From positions 16,696-80,695 of the forward strand of contig JBDRKR010000010.1 in assembly GCA_043813805.1 (NCBI GenBank): DNA of 64,000 bases, in the 5' to 3' direction. A program made the position numbers and the translations under genes. This stretch comes from Candidatus Nealsonbacteria bacterium. Lineage in GTDB: Bacteria > Patescibacteriota > Minisyncoccia > Minisyncoccales > MHMH01. The notes under the pieces are model-generated. The model worked only from the letters and a program-made list of their open reading frames with translations, had not been told where the DNA came from and ran no database searches. Position 1 is the first letter of the stretch. Each line of letters opens with the position of its first letter. Below, in pieces: positions 9,651-18,185 of this stretch.

Positions 9651-10814
9651 ATGCAGGGAATCGAACGGGCATACTCTGATGTATGTATCAATGCGCTTGT
9701 GGGGGCATGGAGCGAGCTGATGGAGGCGACCGGAACGGAAGCTCTCCGCAAGGGACGCTATGGTAAGGGCGATACGCTCGGCTTGGACGCTATCACTGAG
9801 ATTACTATCAAAGGACGGCTGGAAGAATTTGATCAGCATGCCATTCTGATAACCGAAGAGCTTGATAATCAGGCTCACCGGCGCTGGCCGACCGATTCAA
9901 TCCCGGAGAGACAACCGATTATGTTTTTTTGTGATCCGACGGACCGTTCGTTTTCGCTCGAGGAGTTTTTGAAGCGTATTTCCGAGCAAAATCCGACAGA
10001 TAAGGTTGGCAACCTCATGGCAAGCTGCAAAGCCGAAGAAATATGGGAAAAAATGTTTAAGGCGCCGGTTAGTATTACCGGTGCGGCCGGCGCCATTGCG
10101 TGCGTACGGAAAGGAGAAATTGTTTTTTCCGTAATTCTTAATTATATTACCGGCATCATTTATGTGGCAACCGAGATTGATGTGTTTTGGTATCAGCTTA
10201 ACAATTTCTCTGATCCTGTAAATGAAGAGGTTACTTTAGCTAAAATTCTCAAGAAAGGGAAGAAACTGGTTTTCCCGGGCGTGCGTGAGTGCGGCTATTC
10301 GCCGGATGATTGTAAACGGTTTGTGACATTTCTGGGCAAACCGGGATATAAGGAAAATTTTGATGACAGTTTGCTGTTTACCGAGGAGTCCGGCGCGTTT
10401 TTGCATTATTCGGAGCCTCCCGGACCGTCGCGTGTGCTTTATCTTTCCGAGCTTCAGAACAAACATGGTCCCATCGGATTTATCCTGGATAACGGTGAAA
10501 AGATCGGCGAATGGATGCCCTGGCTTGCGTTTGTAAAATACGCGCGGAATGGCAACGGCGGTCATGCGTTACGGGCTTATGAAATTCCACTTGAGCGTCC
10601 TTGGACCAAGAACGGAGTGCTGATGTCCACTTCTCCGGCTTATAGCATTTTTTGCGATACCGGAGATAAAATGTATCTTGACATCAGCCGCTTGCGTAAT
10701 TTTGAACGCCCGAGCCAATTCCGTTGTATGATGGTGGTGGTTCCATATAATAATGAACGGATTATTCACATCCTTGAGCAACAGCGGTACCGCGAGATAA
10801 CCCATTCGTTCTAA
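9651..10814 (+). CDS. divergent inositol-monophosphatase/FBPase (FIG) superfamily-like protein
   Basis: D..E, ILITEE and FFCDPTDRS resemble the EE and DPIDGT metal-binding motifs. Confidence 0.55.
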   Translation: MQGIERAYSDVCINALVGAWSELMEATGTEALRKGRYGKGDTLGLDAITEITIKGRLEEFDQHAILITEELDNQAHRRWPTDSIPERQPIMFFCDPTDRSFSLEEFLKRISEQNPTDKVGNLMASCKAEEIWEKMFKAPVSITGAAGAIACVRKGEIVFSVILNYITGIIYVATEIDVFWYQLNNFSDPVNEEVTLAKILKKGKKLVFPGVRECGYSPDDCKRFVTFLGKPGYKENFDDSLLFTEESGAFLHYSEPPGPSRVLYLSELQNKHGPIGFILDNGEKIGEWMPWLAFVKYARNGNGGHALRAYEIPLERPWTKNGVLMSTSPAYSIFCDTGDKMYLDISRLRNFERPSQFRCMMVVVPYNNERIIHILEQQRYREITHSF

Positions 10815-10971
10815 GAAACGAAAGAAAGGAAAGGAAGTTATTGTCAAAGGTTATGGCTGGGAAGTTGAGCCAAACGTGGAAATCCGCATCGATATAGAAA
10901 CCGGTGCACAAAGAGGGAAGCGATAAGCGCATTTAGAAAGCCGTTCTGGTAAATCAGACGGCTTTTTGTTT

Positions 10972-11025
10972 TGATAGAGGTTTAACCTCTTTCATTTGGA
11001 GGCTTGCCCTGAGAGCCACGAAGGG
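10972..11025. repeat. REP-like family 1 (copy 3) followed by a CCCTGAG..CGAAGGG-type repeat
   Basis: tgatagagg-tttaa-cctctttca (10972-10994); gcttgccctgagagccacgaaggg (11002-11025). Confidence 0.75.
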
Positions 11026-11042
11026 TTAAAGTGAAAGAAGAT

Positions 11043-11585
11043 ATGAAAAATATCGTTAAATTTATTGTCAGTATTTTGATCTGCCAGGCCACCGGAGTTC
11101 TGGGTTCTTTTTTCACCGCGCCGGCCATAAATACCTGGTATGCTTTTTTAGCTAAGTCTTCGTTCAATCCGCCTGATTTTGTTTTTGCGCCGGTCTGGAC
11201 TTTGTTATTCTTATTAATGGGTATTGCTTTATATTTGGTCTGGTCGAAGAACTGGCATATTGAAGTTAAAGCTGAGACTGCTAATCAAAAGACATGGAAC
11301 CCGATTTCAAGGAAACTTTACACGGGCACTTGGCGCGAAGAAAATGCGGTGGCTATTTTTTCTCTTCAGCTGGGTTTGAATATTTTATGGTCGATCATCT
11401 TTTTCGGCCTGAAAGCTCCGGGTTTCGCCTTCTTTGAAATTCTCATGCTCTGGTTCGCTATTTTATATACGATTGTCAATTTCTACCGCATCTCCAAGGC
11501 CTCAAGTTTTCTCTTGCTGCCTTATCTTCTCTGGGTCAGTTTCGCCGCAGTTTTAAACTTCGCCATTTGGAGATTAAATAGTTAA
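11043..11585 (+). CDS. tspO: TspO/MBR family tryptophan-rich membrane protein
   Basis: WYAFLAKSSFNPPDFVFAPVWTLL, LNILWSIIFFG, LLPYLLWVSFA. Confidence 0.92.
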   Translation: MKNIVKFIVSILICQATGVLGSFFTAPAINTWYAFLAKSSFNPPDFVFAPVWTLLFLLMGIALYLVWSKNWHIEVKAETANQKTWNPISRKLYTGTWREENAVAIFSLQLGLNILWSIIFFGLKAPGFAFFEILMLWFAILYTIVNFYRISKASSFLLLPYLLWVSFAAVLNFAIWRLNS

Positions 11586-11635
11586 TTTAAGACTCACACG
11601 AGACGGGTCGTCTAAAAGGTTATAAAGTGGTTATT

Positions 11636-11684
11636 TTGCATAGTTTCGTTCAATACTTGCATAGTTTACATAGTTTGCTATAAT
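11636..11684 (+). promoter_or_regulatory. leaderless promoter TTGCAT-16-TATAAT overlapped by three CATAGTTT direct repeats
   Basis: CATAGTTT at 11639, 11660, 11669; -10 at 11679-11684, 6 nt before ATG 11691. Confidence 0.7.
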
Positions 11685-11690
11685 ACATCC

Positions 11691-12410
11691 ATGGAAGAAG
11701 AATTATTAACCATAAGAGAGGCAGCCCAATTTCTTGGTGTTTCTATCGATACATTGCGGCGCTGGGATAAAAGCGGTAAATTGGTTGCCCTTAAGAAGGC
11801 GGGTGGCACGCACAGGCATTATTCAAAAAGGGACTTGGAGATATTTTCTAGCGATTTATCAAAAATGGCGAATGATTGGGCGGTTTTTGGCGGAGAAATA
11901 CCGCAGGATTTTTATTGTTCAAACAGCGCAATTTTCCAAACAAGGTTAACCAAGATGCAGGATATGCTTATGAATTACGAAAAGACAAATAAGATTTTTT
12001 CTATTATTGTTGCGGTTGCGGGCGAAATCGGCAATAATTCATACGATCACAACCTTGGGAATTGGCCTGATGCACCCGGAATATTTTTTGGTTATGATAT
12101 CCATAAGGGGATTATTGTTCTTGCCGACAGGGGATTGGGCGTTTTGAAAACCTTGAGCAGAATAAAACCGGAGCTTATAAACCACGAAGACGCTCTTCGG
12201 ACTGCTTTTACCGAAATAATTTCCGGCCGGTCTCCCGAAGAACGGGGTAATGGGTTGAAATTCGTCCGTGAAGTTATTTCAAAAAATCCAGTCGATTTAT
12301 TATTCCGAAGCGGTGATGCCGAACTTAATTTAAAGGGCGATAGCGAAGATTTAAACATCACTAAGTCAAAAATGGCTATCCGGGGCTGTTTGGCGATAAT
12401 CAAATTTTAA
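11691..12410 (+). CDS. MerR/BldC-like HTH fused to a histidine-kinase-like ATPase (GHKL) domain
   Basis: LLTIREAAQFLGVSIDTLRRWD; EIGNNSYDH (N box), DRGLG (G1), RGNGL (G2). Confidence 0.82.
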   Translation: MEEELLTIREAAQFLGVSIDTLRRWDKSGKLVALKKAGGTHRHYSKRDLEIFSSDLSKMANDWAVFGGEIPQDFYCSNSAIFQTRLTKMQDMLMNYEKTNKIFSIIVAVAGEIGNNSYDHNLGNWPDAPGIFFGYDIHKGIIVLADRGLGVLKTLSRIKPELINHEDALRTAFTEIISGRSPEERGNGLKFVREVISKNPVDLLFRSGDAELNLKGDSEDLNITKSKMAIRGCLAIIKF

Positions 12411-12421
12411 TTGTAAACACT

Positions 12422-12712
12422 ATGATAATCGAGCTAAAAAAATTTGGGACAACATTGATTTCGAGACAAACGGGCAAAGAGGCGTTTGCCGCTTTTCAGC
12501 CGACATTGCAAGACATTAAACCCAAAGAAAACCTTGAAATTAATTTTGAAGGCGTTTTAACGTTTTCTCCTTCTTGGGGAGATGAGTTTTTAACCCCGCT
12601 CGCCAAAAAATTTGGCAGTCGGCTTATTTTGGTTGCTACAGGTAATCTTTCGGTGAAAGCAACGCTGGAAACATTAGAAAAAATTAGCGGCGTAAAATTT
12701 ATAATCAAATAG
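12422..12712 (+). CDS. STAS-like (DUF4325) protein
   Basis: [25 protein letters not shown]; adjacent to the HATPase. Confidence 0.75.
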   Translation: MIIELKKFGTTLISRQTGKEAFAAFQPTLQDIKPKENLEINFEGVLTFSPSWGDEFLTPLAKKFGSRLILVATGNLSVKATLETLEKISGVKFIIK

Positions 12713-12726
12713 TTAATCATAAAAAC

Positions 12727-13113
12727 ATGACTCAACTCAAACAAGTTTATCGATGCAACATTTGCGGCAATATCGTCGAAGTTTTGCATGCGGGTCAAGG
12801 CGAGCTTGTTTGCTGTGGCAAACCCATGGAATTGCTTCAAGAGAAGACTCAGGATTTAGGTCACGAAAAGCACGTGCCGGTCGTTGAGAAAACAGAGCAG
12901 GGGATTTTAGTCAAAGTGGGATCTGTCCCGCATCCCATGGAAATAACCCATTATATTGAATGGATAGAGATTATCGCTGACGGCGAATCTTACCGTAAAT
13001 TCCTGAAACCCGACGACAAACCGGAAGCGTTGTTTGGAGAAGCTTATCCCGGGCCGATTCGAATGATCACGGCCCGCGCATATTGCAACATCCACGGCTT
13101 GTGGAAGGGGTAA
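12727..13113 (+). CDS. dfx: desulfoferrodoxin (superoxide reductase)
   Basis: CNICGN...CCGKPM, EKHVP, HPM...HYIEWI, CNIHGLW. Confidence 0.96.
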   Translation: MTQLKQVYRCNICGNIVEVLHAGQGELVCCGKPMELLQEKTQDLGHEKHVPVVEKTEQGILVKVGSVPHPMEITHYIEWIEIIADGESYRKFLKPDDKPEALFGEAYPGPIRMITARAYCNIHGLWKG

Positions 13114-13186
13114 AAAGGGAGCCGCTCTCGTAGGGCGGTTTTTCTTTTGACAAAATAGTCATACAAGGTATATCGTGGATGAATAT

Positions 13187-13930
13187 ATGACAAAAGATCA
13201 ATTAGAGAAGCATAAAAAAGCGGCTCAAAAGCTGTGGTTGGTCAACCAGAAGACTTTTCGCTTCATAAAAAAGAATATTGGTAAAGCGTCAGAATATGAT
13301 GTTAATAGATTCATTCTTTCTGAGTTTAAAAAACAGGGGATGGTTGCTGATAAAAAGCATCTATGCCAGATAGTGGCGGCAGGTGAGAATACGGATAAGG
13401 TGCATTATTTTCCTTTAAAAAATAAGTCAAAAATCATACAACGGAATAGTCTGATATTAATAGATACTTGGGCTAGGCTTAAAGAAAAAGATTCTCCCTT
13501 CGCCGATATCACGTGGATGGCTTATTCCGGGAAAAGCGTGCCCAAAGATATTCAGAGAGTCTTTGATAAGGTTATTAGGGCGAGAGATATTACGCTGGAT
13601 TACCTGAGAAAGAGCGTAAGAAGGGGGAAGTTTCCCAAAACAAAAGAAATAGACAAAGTAGCCAGGAAATATTTTAAAAAATTCAATTTAGAGAAAAATT
13701 TCCTCCATGGGACCGGTCACAGTCTGGGGATCAAAGAGTGCCATGGTCGGTATTTCCGCTTCGGGGAAAAAAGTGGGGCTAGATTGAAGCCGAATATACC
13801 TTTTACCATTGAACCCGGGCTTTATCTTAAGGATAAGTTCGGCGTTAGAAGTGAAATCAACTGTTACGTGGATGATAACCGCAAATTGATTGTAACTACG
13901 GAAATCCAGAATAAAATAATCAAAATTTAA
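13187..13930 (+). CDS. M24 family metallopeptidase (Xaa-Pro aminopeptidase-like)
   Basis: IDTWA, ADITW, HGTGHSLG, TIEPGLY, GVRSE. Confidence 0.85.
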   Translation: MTKDQLEKHKKAAQKLWLVNQKTFRFIKKNIGKASEYDVNRFILSEFKKQGMVADKKHLCQIVAAGENTDKVHYFPLKNKSKIIQRNSLILIDTWARLKEKDSPFADITWMAYSGKSVPKDIQRVFDKVIRARDITLDYLRKSVRRGKFPKTKEIDKVARKYFKKFNLEKNFLHGTGHSLGIKECHGRYFRFGEKSGARLKPNIPFTIEPGLYLKDKFGVRSEINCYVDDNRKLIVTTEIQNKIIKI

Positions 13931-13943
13931 TCTGAAGCTTAAA

Positions 13944-14040
13944 AGTCGCCCAAAAGGCCCCTCCTTCGTCAAGACTTCGGCAGACAGGGGTTTTTTGGTC
14001 CGCCTTCGCTTGCGAGCTATGGCGAGACAAAGTAGAATAA
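13944..14040 (+). repeat. junction module interrupted by two CCTTCG..CT(T/A)(C/T)GGC-type repeats
   Basis: tcgcccaaaaggc[13959-13987]ggttttttg[13998-14030]gtagaat, then ATG 6 nt later. Confidence 0.7.
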
Positions 14041-14044
14041 ATTA

Positions 14045-14734
14045 ATGAAAACAATAGGGCTTATCGGGGGGATGAGTTGGAGGTCTTCCCAGGAATATTA
14101 CAGAATTATAAACGAAGTCATTCAAAATAAATTAGGAGGCTGGCATTCAGCTAAAATTTTAATGTACTCCGTTGATTTTAATGAAATAGACTTAGAACAC
14201 CATACGAAAGATTGGAAAAAATCTGAAAATATTTTAATTGACGCAGCTAAGAGTGTAGAAAAAGGAGGGGCAGATTTTATTGTTATCTGCGCCAATACGG
14301 CTCATGTATTGGCCGATACAATCCAGAAAAGCGTAAAGATTCCCGTCTTGCATATCGCAGATGCCACAGCGGAAAGAATCAAGTCTGAAAAAATTATAAA
14401 TGTCGGGCTTTTGGGAACAAGAATCACGACGGAAGAAGGTTTTTATAAAAAAAGATTAGAGATAAAATATGGACTTAATGTTATTATTCCGCAAGAAAAG
14501 GAAAGAGAAATTGTGGGCAAAGAAATTAATAATCTATGCCTCGGTAAAACAACTCCCCAATCAAAACAACGGCTTATAAAAATTATAAACAATTTGGTTA
14601 AAAATGGAGCCGAGGCTGTAATTCTAGGATGTACAGAACTTTCTTTAGTGTTGCGACAAAAAGATGTAAAAATTCCTTTGTTCGATACTACGAGAATCCA
14701 TGCTGAAACTGCCGCAGAGCACTCTTTAAGTTAA
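14045..14734 (+). CDS. aspartate/glutamate racemase family protein
   Basis: IGLIGGMSW, ICANTAH, ILGCTEL two-Cys motifs. Confidence 0.93.
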   Translation: MKTIGLIGGMSWRSSQEYYRIINEVIQNKLGGWHSAKILMYSVDFNEIDLEHHTKDWKKSENILIDAAKSVEKGGADFIVICANTAHVLADTIQKSVKIPVLHIADATAERIKSEKIINVGLLGTRITTEEGFYKKRLEIKYGLNVIIPQEKEREIVGKEINNLCLGKTTPQSKQRLIKIINNLVKNGAEAVILGCTELSLVLRQKDVKIPLFDTTRIHAETAAEHSLS

Positions 14735-14796
14735 AATGATTGAGGTCGAACTTCGGACAACATTGCCCAAAAGGCCTCGCCCGTGGCTATGGCCGA

Positions 14797-14835
14797 GGGC
14801 GATTTTTTGTTTACACTGAACTTGTTGAAGTGGTA
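14797..14835 (+). repeat. 38-39 nt direct repeat (junction module + TTTACACTGAAC..GAAGTG), copy 1
   Basis: Identical apart from one indel to 18114-18151. Confidence 0.85.
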
Positions 14836-14845
14836 GGATACAAAC

Positions 14846-15136
14846 ATGACATTATCATTGGCCGGCATTATTGGATTTTTAACGGTAACCATTGCCATAC
14901 TTGTTAAGGTGATAGGATTGCCTGATCAGGCAAGAAAGAATTATCTTCGTAAATCTACCGAAGGTATTTCAACTATATTTTTTGTTCTGGCTTTAATTTC
15001 TTACTTATTGTGGACCGTTCATGGGATAATAGAAAAGGACACGGTTCTTATTATTGGACAAGGAGTAGGAATAATTACAACAGGCATTATTGTTTTTCAG
15101 ATTATTAAATATAGGAATGGAGGAAAAAGGGGTTAG
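14846..15136 (+). CDS. SemiSWEET/PQ-loop family transporter
   Basis: GLPDQARKNYLRKSTEGIS, LWTVHG; 3 TM. Confidence 0.78.
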   Translation: MTLSLAGIIGFLTVTIAILVKVIGLPDQARKNYLRKSTEGISTIFFVLALISYLLWTVHGIIEKDTVLIIGQGVGIITTGIIVFQIIKYRNGGKRG

Positions 15137-15145
15137 GCACCTTTT
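15125..15145. repeat. AAAAGG.GT.AGG.ACCTTTT imperfect palindrome (copy 1; copy 2 at 15802-15822)
   Basis: Both copies overlap the 3' end of the preceding gene. Confidence 0.65.
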
Positions 15146-15260
15146 AATTAAGTAAAAAGTCGAATCCTTCGATAAGACTCGGGGTAGGGAATTAATTGAG
15201 AAATAAGAACCTCGTCCTATGGCAAGAACCTTGTTTCTTCACTACGCTCAGAAATAAAAT

Positions 15261-15824
15261 ATGAAATTCGCATTTATTTTCCACGGTTCTAATGGAAGCA
15301 AGGATGCTCATTGGTATCCCTGGCTCAAAGAGGAGCTGGAAAAGAGGGAATTGCAAGTATTTTTACCGCAATTTCCCGTTGAAGAAAATCAGACCCTTCA
15401 GAACTGGTTTGACGCTCTAAGGCCGATGAAAGAACATCTTGGCGACTCCATCCTTATCGGACATAGTCTTGGGGTTCCTTTTATTCTAAATATATTAAAT
15501 CAATGGGATGTAAAAGTCAGGGCCGCTTTTCTGGTGGCAGGTTTTTCGGGGCATTTGGAGGCAGAAGGAGAATTAAATCTTGATGATTTTGCCGAAAGGG
15601 AGTTTGATTGGAACAAAATTAAACAAAATTGTAAGTATTTTTGTGTGATACATTCAGATGACGATCCATACGTTCCCTTAAAAAAAGCAGAAGAACTGGC
15701 AAGCAATTTGGGCGCAGAAGTAACCGTAGTAAGGGGAGGAAAGCATTTTCAGGCCCAATCTGGATTCAAAAAATTCAACTCACTTTTAGAAAAAATTGAA
15801 GAAAAGGTGTCAGGAACCTTTTAG
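15261..15824 (+). CDS. RBBP9/YdeN family alpha/beta hydrolase
   Basis: FHG...HWYPWL, GHSLG nucleophile elbow, HSDDDPYVP, GKHF. Confidence 0.92.
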   Translation: MKFAFIFHGSNGSKDAHWYPWLKEELEKRELQVFLPQFPVEENQTLQNWFDALRPMKEHLGDSILIGHSLGVPFILNILNQWDVKVRAAFLVAGFSGHLEAEGELNLDDFAEREFDWNKIKQNCKYFCVIHSDDDPYVPLKKAEELASNLGAEVTVVRGGKHFQAQSGFKKFNSLLEKIEEKVSGTF

Positions 15825-15851
15825 CTAAACAAAAAGTTGAACTTTAGGGTC

Positions 15852-15880
15852 GTTGAGGACGATCCTCAACCTAATTTATA
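15852..15880. repeat. GTTGAGGA.GATCCTCAACCT palindrome family (related copies 23881-23909, 26059-26081)
   Basis: gttgagga-cga-tcctcaac perfect stem. Confidence 0.75.
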
Positions 15881-15912
15881 AGTTAAATTATTCGGAGCAG
15901 AGCCTCAATCAT

Positions 15913-16389
15913 ATGAAATTATGCAGTGCGTGTTTATTAGGAGTAAAGTGCCGTTACGACGGTCAGAGCTTGTTGAACGAAAAGATTTTTGAATTGTCAA
16001 AAAAAGATAAGTTATTGCCGGTTTGCCCGGAAGTGCTGGGCGGTCTGCCGGTGCCGAGAGAAGAAGCCCAAATAAAAAACGGCAGAGTGATAACGAAATC
16101 TGGCGAAGATATCACCTCGTTTTTTGAAAAAGGAGCGAGCGAGGTTTTAAAGATAGCTAAGTCGTTTGATATTAAAGAGGCAATTTTGAAGCAGAGAAGT
16201 CCGTCTTGCGGCTGCGGCCAGATTTACGACGGCACTTTTTCGGGAAAAACGATCAAGGGCGACGGGGTTACTACCGCTTTATTGAAAAAGAACGGCATCA
16301 AGGTAATCAGCGAAGAAGAGAGTGTCGTAATTGACGTCGGACGTCAATTATTGGACGGCGGATGTCGGGATATCCGATTTCCAAAATAA
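15913..16389 (+). CDS. DUF523 family (2-thiouracil desulfidase-like) Fe-S protein
   Basis: SACLLGVKCRYDG, VCPEVLGGLPVPRE, KQRSPSCG, GDGVT; C-terminus extended by palindromes. Confidence 0.9.
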   Translation: MKLCSACLLGVKCRYDGQSLLNEKIFELSKKDKLLPVCPEVLGGLPVPREEAQIKNGRVITKSGEDITSFFEKGASEVLKIAKSFDIKEAILKQRSPSCGCGQIYDGTFSGKTIKGDGVTTALLKKNGIKVISEEESVVIDVGRQLLDGGCRDIRFPK

Positions 16390-16417
16390 TATCGCCGAAG
16401 AGGCGGTTTTTATTTGC

Positions 16418-16446
16418 TTGACAAATTAGTAATAATATGCTATAAT
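16418..16446 (+). promoter_or_regulatory. consensus sigma70 promoter
   Basis: TTGACA-17 nt-TATAAT with TG extension. Confidence 0.85.
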
Positions 16447-16480
16447 TTAAGCAGAAAAAGAAGGAAAAGGAGTTATAAGA

Positions 16481-16699
16481 ATGTTGGATAGTAAGGCAAA
16501 AAAGGCTATCGAAGACCTCGTTACTTCGACAGGAAGACAGGTAGGCAAGATTAACGAGGACAAGGAAGCTCTTAATGGTATCGTCAGAGTTTCCGGGAAT
16601 CCAGAGAACATCGACGGTCTGAGAAGGGCCATTCTGAAGATGGCCGAGGCAGAAGAGGCGTTAAGGGCTGCCGAATCTCGCCTTAATAATCTTCTGTAA
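16481..16699 (+). CDS. hypothetical helical protein (72 aa)
   Basis: AAGGAG SD; first gene after the consensus promoter. Confidence 0.65.
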   Translation: MLDSKAKKAIEDLVTSTGRQVGKINEDKEALNGIVRVSGNPENIDGLRRAILKMAEAEEALRAAESRLNNLL

Positions 16700-16800
16700 A
16701 GATGCGGGGAGCTTCAGCAATTTTTGCTGAAACTCCCCTCCATGCTTCAGCTCACAAAGTTTGCGGGTTGAAAAATGGAAGAAAAAAATAGGAGAGGTAA

Positions 16801-17187
16801 ATGTATCACGGAAGTGGGAAAAGATTTTCCAAATTGATCAGACAGAAGGCCCATGCTGTTCCCGAAGCTCCGGAAAACGAAAAGCTGAATATGATCTATC
16901 TCACTCCCGATTACAGTTTTGCCCTGGCTATGGCGGCAAGACCAATGGGATTCAGTGGGGTAGATCATAAAAGGCGAATAGTTCATTATAATTTAGATAA
17001 TTTTGAGCCGGAAAAAGAGGTATACGTTTATGTCATAGATATCTCAAAAATTCCGGAAGACAAGATTATCAAGATTGATGAGCTACAAGTCGCTGTAGAC
17101 ATAGACGAGATTGTGCCAGTCGAAGTTCAAAAACACAAAGCTGGTGAAGTTTCTCAATACTACAGCATCCAAGGAGGGGAATGGTGA
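16801..17187 (+). CDS. hypothetical protein, possible ADP-ribosyltransferase-like fold
   Basis: YHGS ... IYLTPDYSFALAMA ... YVYVID pattern; GGAGAGG SD. Confidence 0.5.
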   Translation: MYHGSGKRFSKLIRQKAHAVPEAPENEKLNMIYLTPDYSFALAMAARPMGFSGVDHKRRIVHYNLDNFEPEKEVYVYVIDISKIPEDKIIKIDELQVAVDIDEIVPVEVQKHKAGEVSQYYSIQGGEW

Positions 17188-17302
17188 TCTTCCTATCGGA
17201 AGAAATCTTTTTCCCTTCTCTCCGCAAGATTGATTTTCAAAGGAAGATCAATGCTGCGGGGACATTTAAAAAATAAAATAAGGAGAGAAAAGAGAAAGAC
17301 AA

Positions 17303-17575
17303 ATGGAAATCAGCAAAATGGTAGTAAGGGGTGACAGGATAATTGTAACCGGCGAAAAGGCAGAACTCAATCATGTTCTCAGGTGCGCAGGATTGGAGCT
17401 GACCAAGCTCGAGCCGATGAAGGGTCTCGAGAGAGGAACTGATGGAGTAATTTGGGATGGAGACGGGTTAACTATTGCCGGGAAGGAAAACGTCCATAGC
17501 TTCATTGATGCCATGATGGATTACGCGAAACGGGACGAGAAGTTTTGGGCGGAAGCTTACGTAAGCGGTTCTTAG
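17303..17575 (+). CDS. hypothetical protein
   Basis: ORF with purine-rich leader, within the 16.4-18.1 kb operon. Confidence 0.6.
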   Translation: MEISKMVVRGDRIIVTGEKAELNHVLRCAGLELTKLEPMKGLERGTDGVIWDGDGLTIAGKENVHSFIDAMMDYAKRDEKFWAEAYVSGS

Positions 17576-17605
17576 ATCTGAAAGAAACATAAGGAGGAAA
17601 AGGCG

Positions 17606-17998
17606 ATGGTAGTCAGGAAATTCTGGCAGGAAGAAATCGAGGACAAGGAGTATGAGAAATTGATCGTTTTTTATAATGTCGAGGCTCTGGATCGTCTTCA
17701 TGTTGATCCGCCCTTAGACAATTTGCTAATTCAGAAGATAACAACGATCGAAAAAGTAGAAGAAAGGAATAGCGAGTTTCCGGATTATGCAAACATACTT
17801 GAGGTTTCTTCTACAGTAATTCTTATCAAAAGGACCTGCAGTCTTTGCTCTTGGAAGTTAGCTTGCGAAATATTGGAAGTACTGAGGTCGGAGAGTGATG
17901 TGGATACGGACATCCCTTTCAAATACTCTCTCGCTACAGGGAGCTACAAATTGGACAAGCAACCTTTTGTCTGGAGATACGAAAAGATAAAAGGTTAG
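17606..17998 (+). CDS. hypothetical protein
   Basis: AAGGAGG SD; followed by terminator. Confidence 0.6.
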   Translation: MVVRKFWQEEIEDKEYEKLIVFYNVEALDRLHVDPPLDNLLIQKITTIEKVEERNSEFPDYANILEVSSTVILIKRTCSLCSWKLACEILEVLRSESDVDTDIPFKYSLATGSYKLDKQPFVWRYEKIKG

Positions 17999-18044
17999 AG
18001 CCAGTGACAAATCAAGTCTGTAAGAATAATCTTACGGGCGAAGC

Positions 18045-18071
18045 TAGGAGAAACCTCCTAGTCTTTTTTTT
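18045..18071 (+). terminator. Rho-independent terminator
   Basis: ctaggag-aaac-ctcctag followed by a T tract. Confidence 0.8.
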
Positions 18072-18113
18072 ATTTCTATTTATGTATTTTTGTCCTAGAG
18101 TGAATCGCCATTT

Positions 18114-18151
18114 GGGCGATTTTTTGTTTACACTGAACTGTTGAAGTGGTA
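18114..18151 (+). repeat. 38-39 nt direct repeat, copy 2
   Basis: gggcgattttttgtttacactgaactgttgaagtggta; matches 14797-14835. Confidence 0.85.
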
Positions 18152-18185
18152 AAATAAGGTAATAATCAAAATTTAGCCAAATAAT

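Noticed and set aside
10815-10925. Short reading frame after the IMPase-like gene
   Set aside because: There is no convincing start codon with an SD; it is at most a gene fragment.
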